Below, piece after piece: positions 25,322 to 37,986 of a stretch of DNA of 64,000 nucleotides (positions within the stretch are counted from its first letter, which is position 1; each line of letters opens with the position of its first letter). Origin of the DNA: Lepidodermella squamata (Eukaryota; Animalia; Gastrotricha); assembly GCA_047495785.1 (NCBI GenBank), contig JBLDXI010000085.1, positions 239,368 to 303,367 on the forward strand, written 5' to 3'. The notes beneath the pieces were generated by a model, which saw only the letters and a program-made list of their open reading frames with translations, did no database searches and was not told the origin of the DNA. The position numbers and the translations under genes were made by a program.

Positions 25322-26147
25322 ATGAAATTTATCGTAAGCCTCACAATCATCACGGGTTAGTCTTCATAATTATGTTGAATAAATTGTTTTTGCTACCACT
25401 CTCAGGCATTTCCTTTCTTGAAGCGGTTTCCGCTGCAAGGCAACACAGAGCATGGCGACGTATCGCCCTCAATGACGATGCGAACACCAACTCGAACGTG
25501 AACAAAATCGAAGGCTCGCCGTATTTTTACTATGCGGTCGATGACGGGGCACCAGTGCCGCCCTGGTGGATTTTCTATCACCGTAAAACAACAACGACTA
25601 CGACAACTATCGCACCAGTAAGACTAATATAAATCCCAATTGAACAAGTCGCGAACCAATTTTTTGCTATGCTTGTTAGGATTTTTTCCGATGTCTCGCC
25701 CCTGATGGCCAAGTTACATGCCGCCCAACGGCTTGCCAAGCCAGTGAGAAGCCGCACCAAGCAACAACCTTCACCAGCATGACGGCATGCCAGAACGCCG
25801 TAAAAACGTTGAGTTACTTCGCAATCACTTCTGATATCGCACTTGCAATCTCAACTTGCGCTGGCACCAGCGGACTCGTGGCGACAATCAAGACACCGGC
25901 GGAAGCTGCAACTGCCCTGGGCCTTTCTGGTGGCTCATTCGCTTACGTTGGATTGTCGAATCAGGCCGGGCCGTGGATATGGTTCGATGGCACGGCGTAT
26001 GCCAATTACCCGCTTTGGCACATCGATCAACCTGATAACGGCGCGAATGCTTGCGGCGCTCTAAGCAACGTGGCTGTCAATCCTGTTCTCCTGGATTTTC
26101 CGTGTACCAACAATTTGTTTGGCTTTTTCTGTGAAACTTTCGCGTAA
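25322..26147 (+). CDS. Secreted C-type lectin, type A (gene A4), QPD motif
   Basis: Exons 25322-25355, 25406-25617 and 25680-26147 in frame; short Thr stalk. Confidence 0.88.
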
Positions 26148-26487
26148 TTAGTAATGAACTGGCATTAAATCATGCTATAATTTCTCAGCTATTCTCAGCT
26201 TCCTTACATTATGATTGAGTTTTCGCTCGTTTACAAAGAATTCGAAATAAATAAAAAGTTCAGATTCTGAAAAGCTGACGTTTTAGGGGATTTCCCAAAT
26301 TAGCCAGCCAGGTGAATTTTATAAAATAATGGGCAAAGGCAGAGGTCGAAAGGATTTCTTAGATCATTCAATGTTTGTATCCGCAATCCCAGGCGATTTT
26401 ACCTTGATTTATGGCTAATTTTCTCCCGCCCGGAAACCCTATGTCTATAATTCAGATAATGAACAAACTAATGCGGGTCGCCGAGAC

Positions 26488-28751
26488 GGCTTTCCCCCAG
26501 ATCAGCAACTCTCACTTGAGCAACTCTCACTTGCGCAACGATTATCAGCTTTATTATAAGCACACGCGCTAATTAACGTTTAATATGTAAGAGAAAACAA
26601 CAAGTCTTATTTATATAGTTTTGATAAAGAGAGCATGTTAACCGACAGTTTGTCCAGCGTCGCGTAAACGAGCTGTTTGTCTTTGTTGGGTTTGGCAACG
26701 AAAACGTCAACAATTTTAGCAATTTTTTCATTAATCTTTTGGTATTTCTTTGACCGTTTGGCCATCAAGCCCGGTTCGGCAGCCATGGTGACCTTGGCCG
26801 CCGCCTCCGACTCCTCCTCCCGCAACAGCTCGATCAATCGCCACACGTTGATGTGGTATGACTTGGCCCGCCGGTTCGCCTTCGCGTTCCAGCCTTCAGC
26901 GGCGTTGTTTGTGCGGGTGTCGAGGCCGTAAACGTTCCACTCGGCCAGTTTGACTGTTCCAGTCCATTGCTTGACCCAGTATTTTTTGAATCGCGCAAGA
27001 GAAGGAGGGCAGTCGGCAAGTAGCATTGGGTAATAATTTTCAACAACGTCGAGGGGGAGTAGGGCGAGCGCCATAAATCGTCGAATAAAGCGCCGAACAT
27101 TCGGCAGTTTGACGTAGTGTCGCCAGAGCCCATTTTCGCGCACCCAGGAAAGAATGGCTTTGCAATAGTGAAAAAAACCTAGAAACAAAACAACAACAGT
27201 CGTTGGTCGAATATCGAAACAAAACTAGCTGACTTACATCCGATCATATCCTTGAAAAATTTCCGGATAACCGGTATGAAGCCAGTTTCGAAGTCAACTG
27301 TCGCGCTTTTTTCGCTCAGATCGACTCGGCTCTGAATCGTCTGGAACAACTTTTCATAGGTTTTTTCCGACTTTGACGTCAGAAAAGCGAAGACGCCCGG
27401 CAGGAGAAGCTGTTCGTCCTCGCTGGTTTCGATGGCCGAGTGTATCACGAATAACTGCTGAAAAATTCGCGGGACAATTTTGAACGTGCCATCGGCGTAA
27501 ATTCGATCGGCCGATTCGAGACGCTGAAGACCCCGCTCTGAACCGAAAATTGCCGCCACGCCGCCGTCTTCCGCGACAACGATGTCGATAAGGAATTCTT
27601 GATCGTCTAGGGTTTTGATGAAACGACCGAGGAGCGGTTCAAATTCTTCGCTATAGGCACTTTCCATGTTCGATATGAAGTCGGCGACCGAGGTTGGGTT
27701 TTTCGGAACATGTCTTCCTCGAACACGATATAGTGTACTTTGAACAGCTGGGTATTTCGGAATAAGGCGGACTTTTGCCTCGTCAGACTGTTTGACCTCG
27801 CCCAAGACAAGATTATGCAGCTCAGGCACAGGTACGCGCTTGTTATTTTCGACTTTTTGTTTCATTTCTCCGAAAATGTGGTATTTAATACACTCGTCCG
27901 CACTCATTGTGTGCCAAGGCAAGTGGCTCGGCGGCTCCAGTTGACTTCGAAGTTTCACCTCGCCGTCGACGATTGAAGCTTTAACTTTACAACCGCCGCC
28001 ACCCAGACACCGCCAAAATTCGGTACCGGCGTTGGTGAAGCATTTCCGGAAATGGGCGTCGGCAAAACACAACAGAGGGTAACCTTTAGTGGTACCCTTG
28101 ATGCCCTCGTAAATTACGTATGGGGCATCAGCAGGCGGCTCGTCCGGCTCGAGTGGTTCAGTCTCAACAGGCGGTGGATTATCTTGAGGTGGATTAGGCA
28201 CCGCCCCCTCGTTGCGACTTGTTGTGCGCAGCAGCTTCGCCTCAAGAAACCGGATGCGGGCCGTCTTCGGCGTGAGTAATTGTTCGTCGCCACTGCTAGC
28301 CGCTGCTACAGCGTGTTCTGGCTGTGGGGTCACCACTGCAACCAACACCGAGGTAGAAGTGTCTTGTTGTAGCTCAGTGTCTTCGGAGTTGTTTGCAGCT
28401 CGTAACCGCGCCTCAGCCTCGAGTTGCTGTATTTGTTGTTTTGTCAATAGATGTTTTATGCGGTGATGATTGGCTCGGCCGCGGTTGTCATCAAACTTTT
28501 CATTGCATACGAGACACTTTATCTCGACCATGTTTGCAGTATGAAATAAAGGTAGTAAAAAGCGATTTAAATGAACAGTTTATTGAAAAATTGGTGAATT
28601 CTACAGGTGAGACTCTCTGTTTTATATAATGTATCATGTGTTTATCGCGCGATCCTATTCGACTCGCGCTCGCTTATGTAACACCTGCGCACACACGCCG
28701 TTGCTCAAGTGAGAATTGCTCAAATACACGTTGCTCAACTGGGGTAAATTC
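26488..28751 (-). mobile_element. Full-length Mutator-like (MULE) DNA transposon
   Basis: Direct repeat GCCGAGAC at 26480-26487 and 28752-28759 (extendable to 10 bp). Imperfect TIRs ggctttcccccagatcagcaac / gttgctcaactggggtaaattc, with subterminal GCAAC..CACTTG repeats. Confidence 0.92.
26607..28531 (-). CDS. MULE transposase, ~621 aa after splicing
   Basis: The two ORFs are joined by a GT-AG intron at 27237-27179, giving IGCFFH. Motifs ADGTFK..QLFVIH, VDFE and RTNNAAEGWN; N-terminal C2H2-like and FLYWCH-like zinc motifs. Confidence 0.9.
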
Positions 28752-28885
28752 GCCGAGACTTGATTAATGTGTTTTGCCAAATTAAATAGAATTGACGCGA
28801 CATCACGAGATCAAGGCGCGTGCGAATAGTCCGATCAAATCGAATTTGTTTGCCAATTTCGAAAAAATTTCAAATGTTTAGAACC

Positions 28886-29224
28886 ATGAACTTCTCGATT
28901 TTTCTAGCCGTCGTTCTATTTGGTATAAGCAATTTCAAACATGCTTTGTCCTAAAATTCTTCGTTCTTTGTTGACAGCCATAGCTTTTACTGAAGCTGGA
29001 ATTACAGCTGCTAGGCGGGATCGCAGATACAAAAGATGGCGCCATATTTCGCTGGATGAAAATTCGAATGCCAACTCGAATGTGAACAACGTCGATGCTA
29101 AGCTGTACATCTATGACAGTGAAGAAGCGCCATCGCCCTTTCTATGGTGGTTCTACTACCATCGAAAAGTTTCGACTACAACACCAGAGCAGCGGACGGA
29201 AACCTCAACATCAACAACATCATC

Positions 29225-29256
<32 letters not shown>

Positions 29257-29854
29257 CTACTACTACTTCTACTACTACAACGACCAATGACAATAATGCT
29301 ACGACACCTGAGCCCGTGAGTTGATTTCCGGCCTTCGAGATTAGAAATCGATTATAAAAAAATTTTGCACCCCATTTTTTCTTCATTAGGCCGTGTTTTC
29401 TCGGTGTCTCGGCCCTGATGGCTTTGTAATGTGCCGATCGACACCCTGCGACGTAGTTGAGAAGAAATACCCGTCGACAACGTATGCCAGCATGTCAGCT
29501 TGCCAGAACGCTGTCAAAACGATAACATTCTACCCTATCGGCGGGCTGCTTCCAGACGCCGTCACGTATTGCACGAACCTCGGCGGACTGCTGGCGACTA
29601 TCAAGACCCAGGCTGAACTTGATCTGGCTATGACACTCAAAGGCGACGTTACGCTGGCTCACATTGGCCTGTCGAATGTGTCCGGGCAATGGACATGGTC
29701 TGATGGTACGCCGTATGCTAACATGCCGCCCTGGGGCCCCAACCAGCCAGATGCTGGGCCCAATTCTTGTGCCGTTCTCTACGATGGGGCAGTTGTCTAC
29801 GACGGTGGCTGTGGCGCTGGGGCACCTGGATTCCTATGCGAAACATATGCTTGA
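28886..29854 (+). CDS. Secreted C-type lectin, divergent type A' head (gene A5), QPD motif
   Basis: Exons 28886-28922, 28978-29315 and 29390-29854; longest Thr stalk in the cluster. Confidence 0.88.
29207..29283 (+). repeat. Coding (ACA)n/(ACT)n microsatellite encoding the poly-Thr stalk
   Basis: Trinucleotide run in exon 2 of A5. Similar runs at ~1147-1200 and ~20446-20500. Confidence 0.9.
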
Positions 29855-30954
29855 TTTCACCGAAAAATTAAAAAACCTTTTTCGTTGTACTCGGTAAACT
29901 CTGTAAAATCACCACATTATTTATAAATTCCCAACTTTTGAGTATATTTTGAACCCTGTATAGACTTCGAATAAAGTAACGAGAGAGCTTCTTTTCGATG
30001 TTTATGAACAAGTGATCAATAGTGAAGGAAATCAACAGTGCTGCTATGCAGCTCGAATCCCTTCAAAGCTATGTTCCGATTTTTGCCAACTTGACCACGC
30101 TCAGTAGCAGACACAACAAAATATTATTAAAACCGTTGAGTAAAAGGGTAGGGGTCTTGTTAATCGACTTACGCTTTTAAGACCTTGCGAAACCGGTCAG
30201 GTTTAGGGATTTTTTAGTTTAAAATTCGCAATTTTTATGCTTTAAAAACGAACGTTATCCTATTTTTTCTATTCCCTAAGCCAACAGTTCCCATTCTCAT
30301 TTCTCATTAGAGCGAATTTTCAATTTTCTGGAATCTGCCCGGAAGGAAGTTAGAAGGAAACCTAAAATTCCTTCCTTATTAGAAAAAAACAAGCTTCGTG
30401 ATGCTCATTTTTCACATTTTCAGTGGTGACTCGCCCAAAAATCGGATTGCTTCCTTTGCATTCCATTTCGTTAAGTTATTTTTGTTTTTTTTCTTTAGCA
30501 ATATAAAAGACCTTACTCCCAAGAACAGCATCGAAGACTTTTGGCATATATAGCTATAGGGAACTATATCGCGCATTAATCAGTTTCGCGAACTTCGAAC
30601 CAATGGACAGCAGCTTAACGTAAACGTCGAAAAAAATCACAATTTATTCAAAATTCGCGCACACTTTTGGAGGACTGCTTCAAAGATAACGAAAATTTTT
30701 GCTGACAAGGAGTCATCAAAATTTCGCACTTCCCCTGATATTTCATAAATATTTCCTCACCCTAATGTTTCGTCTGAAATTAAAGGGCAGGGCGAGACAA
30801 CAGATGTCACAGAGTTACAGGCCTTACTTTGCTAACTCACACATTTCTGCAAATTGGGTGTTTACACAAGTTGATGCTGAGCTTAGTTAATTTTTAATTA
30901 CACGTTTCAAAAAGGCCCAAGCTCCCACATTTCACTTTTCGATTCTCCGTGAAG

Positions 30955-33900
30955 ATGATAGGACTAATACTACTGCTAACCTTAGCAAACTTTCATGGCG
31001 CCTTGCCCAGTAGCAAAATAGGCGATTCGTCGACAAGCGGCAACAAGCTGGCCGAGTTTGATTCATGGATAAGATACGACAAGGTGGACGTCTTGCGAAG
31101 CAAATTTCCTGATCCGACTAAATTGGCAACGGTGAAGAATGAAACTGGCGATACATTGCTGCATTTAGCAGCTCATTACGGCAAAATCAAAGTCGCGCAA
31201 TTTCTCGTCGATAAAGCTGGAGCTGAACTTACGGCTCGCAACAAAAATGGCGAACTTCCGATTCACCTGGCTTGTCTAGCTGGAAAATTGAGCTTCCTAA
31301 AATGGCTTGTCGATAAAAGTGAAGAACTGGAGCTGCCGAGGCGTTTGACGGTCGATGCTGATACAACACAGGGCCAAACCCCGCTTTTCTACGCTGTTAG
31401 GTCGAAATCCATCAATGCAGTAGCTGTTGTGAAATTCTTGCTGGGAAAAGATGCGACTAGGCTTCATCAGGACAAAACTGGTCGGTTGGCCTTTGGGCTG
31501 GCGACTGAGCTGAACAAAACGGCAATCGGCGAGTTACTCAGCGATAATTCATCTTACGGTAGAACTATCAAAAATGGAACACGAACAACTTGGCACATCA
31601 TGGCAGCCCAAAATCAGGTCGACTACTTGGATCGCAATTTTGTTCGCTCTAAATTTGACGTATCAGCGCCAGACGAATTCGGCGATACTCCTTTGTGCTA
31701 TGCGAATCGGAATGGCCATTACGATTTTGTGGCGAAAGCGATGGAAAAATTGCCAAGTTTGAGCAATGGTTCGCTTGCATCGATCAAGTGCCGCTTAGTT
31801 ATCGAGAATGGGAACGCAGGCGCGAAGTCGATAGGATCCGGCTCTCTTTTGTTCCTTGCGGCGTTTATGCGGAAGGATAACCTGGTCAAGCTGTATCTAG
31901 AAGCAAAACTTGATCTTAAGGCGACTAACGAGGTGAGCAATTCTTTATTAAAGCTCAGTGTTAATTTATCGAAAAGTTTTCCAAATCTAAATCTCACGAT
32001 TTTCGATAATTTTAATTTACGTTCCTTCAGCAATCCTCCTTAAAAAGGTCCTTTTCGATCTCAAAAATGTCTAACTTGAAGTTGGGGTACAAAAATTCGC
32101 TATCTTTCACAAATTAGAATGTCATCCACGCTATGGCTAAGCTGTCTGACCAAGAAGCTCGGTTGATCGAAGCAAAAGATTCAATCAGCTCACATCTCGT
32201 CTCAACCTTCACCGCAATCTCCCCCAACCTCGTCGAAGATCGCGATGAAGCAGGCAGAACTCCGTATCTCGTTGCTGTTGCTAACGACGCTGAGCGATTC
32301 GCCGATGTCCTTGGCAGCCAATTCAAAGCGAATACTCTAGCTGCTGATAAACAAGGCTACACAGCTCTTCATCTCACAAGCAACAAGGCCGCCTTCAAGA
32401 AGCATTCGTCCGACTTCGAAGATCCTTTCAATTTGAAAGCTGACCCTAGCCAAATGACACCGCTTTTGGTAGCAGTTGATGAGCGAAAATCGATCGATTT
32501 CATTGACTTTTTGATCAAAGAAGGTGCTAACTTACAGGCGAGGAACAACTACAGCCAATCGGTCGCTCATTTAGCCGTGAAATCGAATTTTACCGAATTC
32601 CTAGAGCTTTATGCCTCGAAGCTTGATCTATCAGCATGCGACTCATTTTCATACACTCCGATGTTACTGGCAATCGGGGCTGGCAATCACAACCTTGCGA
32701 CATTCATGTTGAATACCAGCGAAACGCTTTGGAATAAGCCAGTCGATTGTCAAACTAACGACAACGTGCTTCATTCAGCTATGCGCTTCAAACAAATGGA
32801 AGTTGTGAAGTACGTGATGCCGAAACTCGAAAAGCTCGAACAAATGAATATTGCGAACAAACTCGGCGAAACTCCACTTTCAATCGCTATTGAAGTAGAG
32901 TTCACAGCTGGTGTGAAGGCGATTGTTGACCGGAATCAAACTGCTGGGCTTGGGATTGCTTCGAATGGCTGGCCACTCTTGCATCGAGCTGTTCGCTGCA
33001 GCTCAGCTAGTATCGAAATTATCGATTTGCTACTCTCGCCGTTACCAAAGGACGAATTAACCCTGGTTCTCAAGCAGAAGAACATCCTCGGCCGAACCCT
33101 GCTATGGCTGGCAGTTGAGCAAGAATGCGCCAGACTTGTCGCGTTATTGATGGACAAATTTAAGGCTGGCTGCGAGGTGAATAGCAACGGTAAGTTGCCG
33201 CAAGACTGGGCGGAAGCTGCTGGGTTTCAAAGCGTTGTATCTGTTCTGAATGGCTACGACGGCTGTAAGAGGCAATCGCCGCAATCCTGCGCTTTGAGTA
33301 CAGGCATTTCGCCTGAATCGGCCAGGCTAAAAGGTTTGAGATTCTTCTTCCATTTTGAACCTATATAAGGTTAATTTTTCAGCTCTATCGGCTCGACCGA
33401 ACGCGATTAAGAACGGTGTTATAACTTATCAAGAAAACGATGCTTGTGGCGATGCTTCCGGGACAATCGAGTGCACCGAAGGCTACTCACTCATTGGTTC
33501 AGCTTCAGTTACTTACTCAGTTGGGGAAAACGCATGGAAAACTGCTGGCTACTGCGCGAAAAGTTTGCCATTTCCTCAATTTTTTTTTTAATTAGAATCC
33601 GAAATGTTTTCCAGCTTGCGATGAAGGCATTTCTTCTATTAGCCAGGCCGAGATCAGCGAGGTGGAAACCCCAGCTGTCGCTGGTAGTTCCGTTACGTTC
33701 AAATGCATGGAAACTTTCACGCTCAAAGGCTCGAACGTGATCAGGTGCTTGGAAAATGGCACTTGGTCTGTTATGGGTAGCTGCGTTGATTCTGGTTAGT
33801 TAATCGAACTTCTGTCAATTCCATTTTCACTGGATATTTCTTCATATTTTCAGAGACCAGCTTATACTGCGACGGCTCTCCTACAATTTCGAATGGAGTT

Positions 33901-35180
33901 TTACTGAATTTCAATCCATCGGAAACGTATTCTATCGGATCTGTCATTGCTGTTTCATGCTTGGATGGCTTCGCATTGCAAGGACCCGAATTTGTCTATT
34001 GCCTAGCCAACAACTCGTGGTCGCAACCCGGCAACTGTATTGCGCATGGTATGTCATTACGCAGAAAATTTAGCTTCATAAGTCATATCGAAAAATTTCA
34101 CAATTTTCGTACAATTCATTTCATTAAGATGAAAGTGATCACTACGTTCTCTATGATTAGAAATGTGTAAGCAAAACACCCGATTTTCTGAAATGGGGAG
34201 CTTATTTTCAAATTTGCAAAGCACGATGCTCGAGCTAGAATATACTTTACATGTAAAGGGTCCCTCTGTGGTTCTTTCGGGTTTTGAGGCTTGGAAATTT
34301 CGAGCTGGAGGTACCCCCTTACCTCCTTGTACTTATAATTTTTTTTTGAATTTCCCGTATTTTGCGAACACTGGCAAATTATGCTATTTTTGTACTTGGA
34401 TAAGGTTCTTGCGTGGTCCCTACTATCGAAAACGGCTCCGTTACTGATGAACTGGGGTCGAAGCGTTACGAACCACTCGCAACACTCGCACCTGGTTCAA
34501 TCATCGTAATTCATTGCAACAAGACCTTCGAAGTCGTTAATGGTTCCATGGTTTCAACTTGCTCATTCGAGTCAAAATGGAGACCCGAGCCTGGTTCGTG
34601 TCGCTTCAAGGTAACAAAATTCCATGAACAAATCTGCAGTAGCCTATCTTCCTTTTTCCAGGATGCAACGGCCGAACAATTCTTGCTTATCGAAGCTGTA
34701 AAATCTGGTAACTTGAGCGTTGCTAAGAAATTGGTGGAACAAGGAGCTGTGAACGTGAACTGGCGTGACGAGAGGTCTCAAGGCGATTGGCCGGTCAAAA
34801 ATGGAACTGCACTACACATCGCCTTAGCTTTCAAAGCCCCTCTGAACTTCATTCGTTTGCTCGTCGAAGAAGGTCGTGCTGATGTGAATCTCAAGGAGGA
34901 TACATACGGTTCACGGCCGCTTGAAATCGCAGTGTCGGAATGTAGCGGCGACGTTGTTGAGCTTTTGCTCAGAAATGGCGCTGCTATCGATGCGAGAAAT
35001 GGCCGTGAGGGCTACACGGCTCTCATGGCGGCGGCTATCAAGGGCAGGCTTGATAATGTTCAGATTCTGGTTCAATACGGCGCTAGTGCGAAGCTGAAGT
35101 CAAAGAAGGGAACAACCGCCCTTGATGAGGCTATCTCAGCCAACCGTGACCAGGTCGCTCGATTTTTACGTGCTCTGTAA
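30955..35180 (+). CDS. Signal-peptide protein: ankyrin array, 4 sushi/CCP domains, ankyrin array
   Basis: Exons approx. 30955-31932, 32118-33333, 33383-33561, 33615-33795, 33854-34048, 34406-34610 and 34662-35180 splice in frame. G.T.LH.A repeats; sushi exons with C..G(Y/F).L.G....C....W....C. Confidence 0.82.
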
Positions 35181-35729
35181 ACTGAACGGTATCATCTAAC
35201 GTATCATTTTACTAGTATTGGGTTTTTGGTCGAGTTGATCTGAGAATAAAGAGCTTTGTTGATCTTGAATCATCAGTCATGCTTTGTTATTTTCTTGTTA
35301 GATGACTTTTTGTTGAAGACTTGACAGCGACGCAATTCCCAAATGGTTACGGAGTCGTAGTGTTGTATTCGATACACAATTATCGCAGCAGTGCCTCGCC
35401 ATAAAATGTTGCCTCCTATTTTGATTCCTTTGAACTCGTGGAACTCGAGAAAAGCTTGTGTGACCACTTTAGCAGCTAAGACTTATCGCGAATTCTCGAA
35501 TCAGTTTACCAGTAGTAATTTTCCAGAAAATGTGGCCCGCTCTCAGCACTGAGTTGATTTTATTGATTCATTTATCGCTATGCGAGGCTGCCAGTCCAGA
35601 CAGTAAAACCACTACGCCGAAAAAATCAATTGAATGCTAATGATCACGAGACAGACGCGAGATCGATGAGAGATGGGAAAAATCAATTTCAGATGATGCA
35701 TCAATTTTCAATTTTCAATTTTTTTAGCA

Positions 35730-36676
35730 ATGAAATTGATCATTTCAATAAGCCTTGCCTTAATAGGTTTTTCCTTCTTCAATATGTTTTACCAACAAAT
35801 AAATGTTGTCTCTATTATCAGGCAATGTTATTTCGGAAGCTACTACCAGGCAACAGCCCAAGCACAGAGCATGGCGACGTATCGCCCTCGGCGACGATGC
35901 TAACACCAACTCGAATGTGAATCGACTCGAGAGTTCGCCGTATTTCTACTATGCGATCGATGACGACATGGGTCCGCCGCTGCTACCATGGTGGATCTAC
36001 TATCACCCGAAACCATCGACAACGACGCCGACTCAAGTGAGAACTCTTCATAAAAATAGTAGCAATAAAATTATGAGCGAATTAAGCCATGTAATTGACA
36101 ATGCAATTAATTAATTGGCTGTTCTATAGAGTTTGCAAATATTTTCTTCTGAAAAGTTTACATCAGTGGCCGAAAACTTTTGGTTTTGAATTGTATCGCT
36201 ATCATCAGGTTGTTAACCGGTGCCTTGGACCAAATGGCGCAGTGACATGCCGAGAGACAGCTTGCCAGGCCACTGAGAAGCCATACCCATCGACGACCTT
36301 CACCAGCATGCCGGCATGTCAGAACGCCGTTAAAACGTTCAAATTCTACTCAACCCCTACATCAAGTCGCGACGAGGCGGTCGCAACATGCGCGAGCGTT
36401 GGCGGGCTGTTGGCGACAATCAAGACACAGGCGGAGGCCCTCGATGCTCTGGCGATCTCTTCGAACATGGCCGCCTACATTGGCCTGGTGTCGAATGCGT
36501 CCGGGCAATGGACGTGGGTCGATGGCGCTCCGTATGCCAACTACCCGCCTTGGGGCTCTGCTGGTACTGGTAGAAATGCGTGTGGAGTTTTGAACTTGTT
36601 TAATGGCAGCCCTGTTATTGTCGACGTATCGTGTAGCAATACATTCACAGCATTTTTCTGTGAAACCTATGCTTAA
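35730..36676 (+). CDS. Secreted C-type lectin, type A (gene A6)
   Basis: Exons 35730-35766, 35822-36036 and 36209-36676. The CTLD loop lacks the xPx motif (WGSAGTGRNAC). Confidence 0.88.
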
Positions 36677-37986
36677 TCAAAACAAAACTGACATGGCTAC
36701 AATCTATAATGACTATTGTCTGATACCACTTTAACTTTGAAGAGCACAGATGACCTTTAATAAATAGCGTATACCACACCACTCTTTGGTCGCCTTTGTA
36801 TTACTGTCCAAGAAATAATAAAATGGTCATTATTTCACAGGCTGTCGAAAGCTGTGTATGCTGAGACGCTAGGATGTTACTGAAATTACAAGAGTTGATT
36901 TAATTTATGTAATTTAGCAATCACCGCCATGTGGCTATTCCACGCCGCTATGCCGAACCTTCGAACTTCGTTATTGTGAAATAAATGAAAGCGTATCTGA
37001 CGAGAAGGAAGTTTCTTCCCTAATTCTTTATACGAAGTTTCTTTCGACGTCAAGGCCTAGTGGATTTTGTGAGGTGATACAGAGCCACTTTGCGAGGATT
37101 TGCCGAGGAAATTGGTAAGTCACCGATGATTACTGTTTTGCCTAGTTCTTTTCCTTTTTATTCGTCATTTTGAAATTTGGGAGCTACTCCCGAAATCTTG
37201 GTCACTATGAATTAATTCAAATTGTGCCATTTTTCGGCTCTCCATAGGTCATGTTTTTTTGAGGGAAGATAGGCCGAGTGGTCAGATATCGGCAAACATC
37301 AAATCAGACTGATTAAATGAAAATCGAAAAAGTCGTTCATCTAGGAAAAACTATTATTTGAACCATTCACGAATAGCCATTCCGCCGTTTTTGTCATAAA
37401 TTCAAATTAGTTTCAGCTGATGCCTCATTTCATTTGATATTGCGCTCTTCAGGAGCAATCTCTTCTAATTTGTGTTACTTAAAGTTCTTCTTGGTCTATC
37501 AAAATTAAGACCATGAGACCGAAGACCGTACCAAATCAGCGACAAAAGGTCTCAAAAAGACCGATACCGGAAAAATTGTATGGTCTTGGTCTCACTTGAA
37601 AGACCAGACCGAAAGTCTGGGTCGAAGTGAATACGATTTTCAAGCAGGACTGACCCTGATACGCCTGAAATTGCGAGAATGTTTATTGCCGATTGGCAAT
37701 TCGACCTGTCTTCAATCCAAAACAGCTTTGTTTTCATATTTCTCTCTGATTTCCGACTCTTGGGAGGTCACAAAAGAAATTATATAAAAAACAGGTTGTT
37801 TTGATTTGGAATTTAAGGTCACGTGTTTAGTTTTTATTCCTAACGTAAATACACTTTATTTGCAGCGTAAACAGCCTATTGAATTCGGACACGGTGATCG
37901 CGTGGACTTCAGTTCAGTTCAGACTTTTTTATTTATCCGCCATTCAAGTTATTTTTTAAGCTTTTTAAGCGTTTCAAGCTTAAGAC

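Noticed and set aside
34255-34338. Short hairpin-ended repeat (ggaggta..tacctcc) loosely similar to ~3855-3920 and ~6870-6945; possible Helitron end
   Set aside because: Similarity is too weak to define an element by eye.
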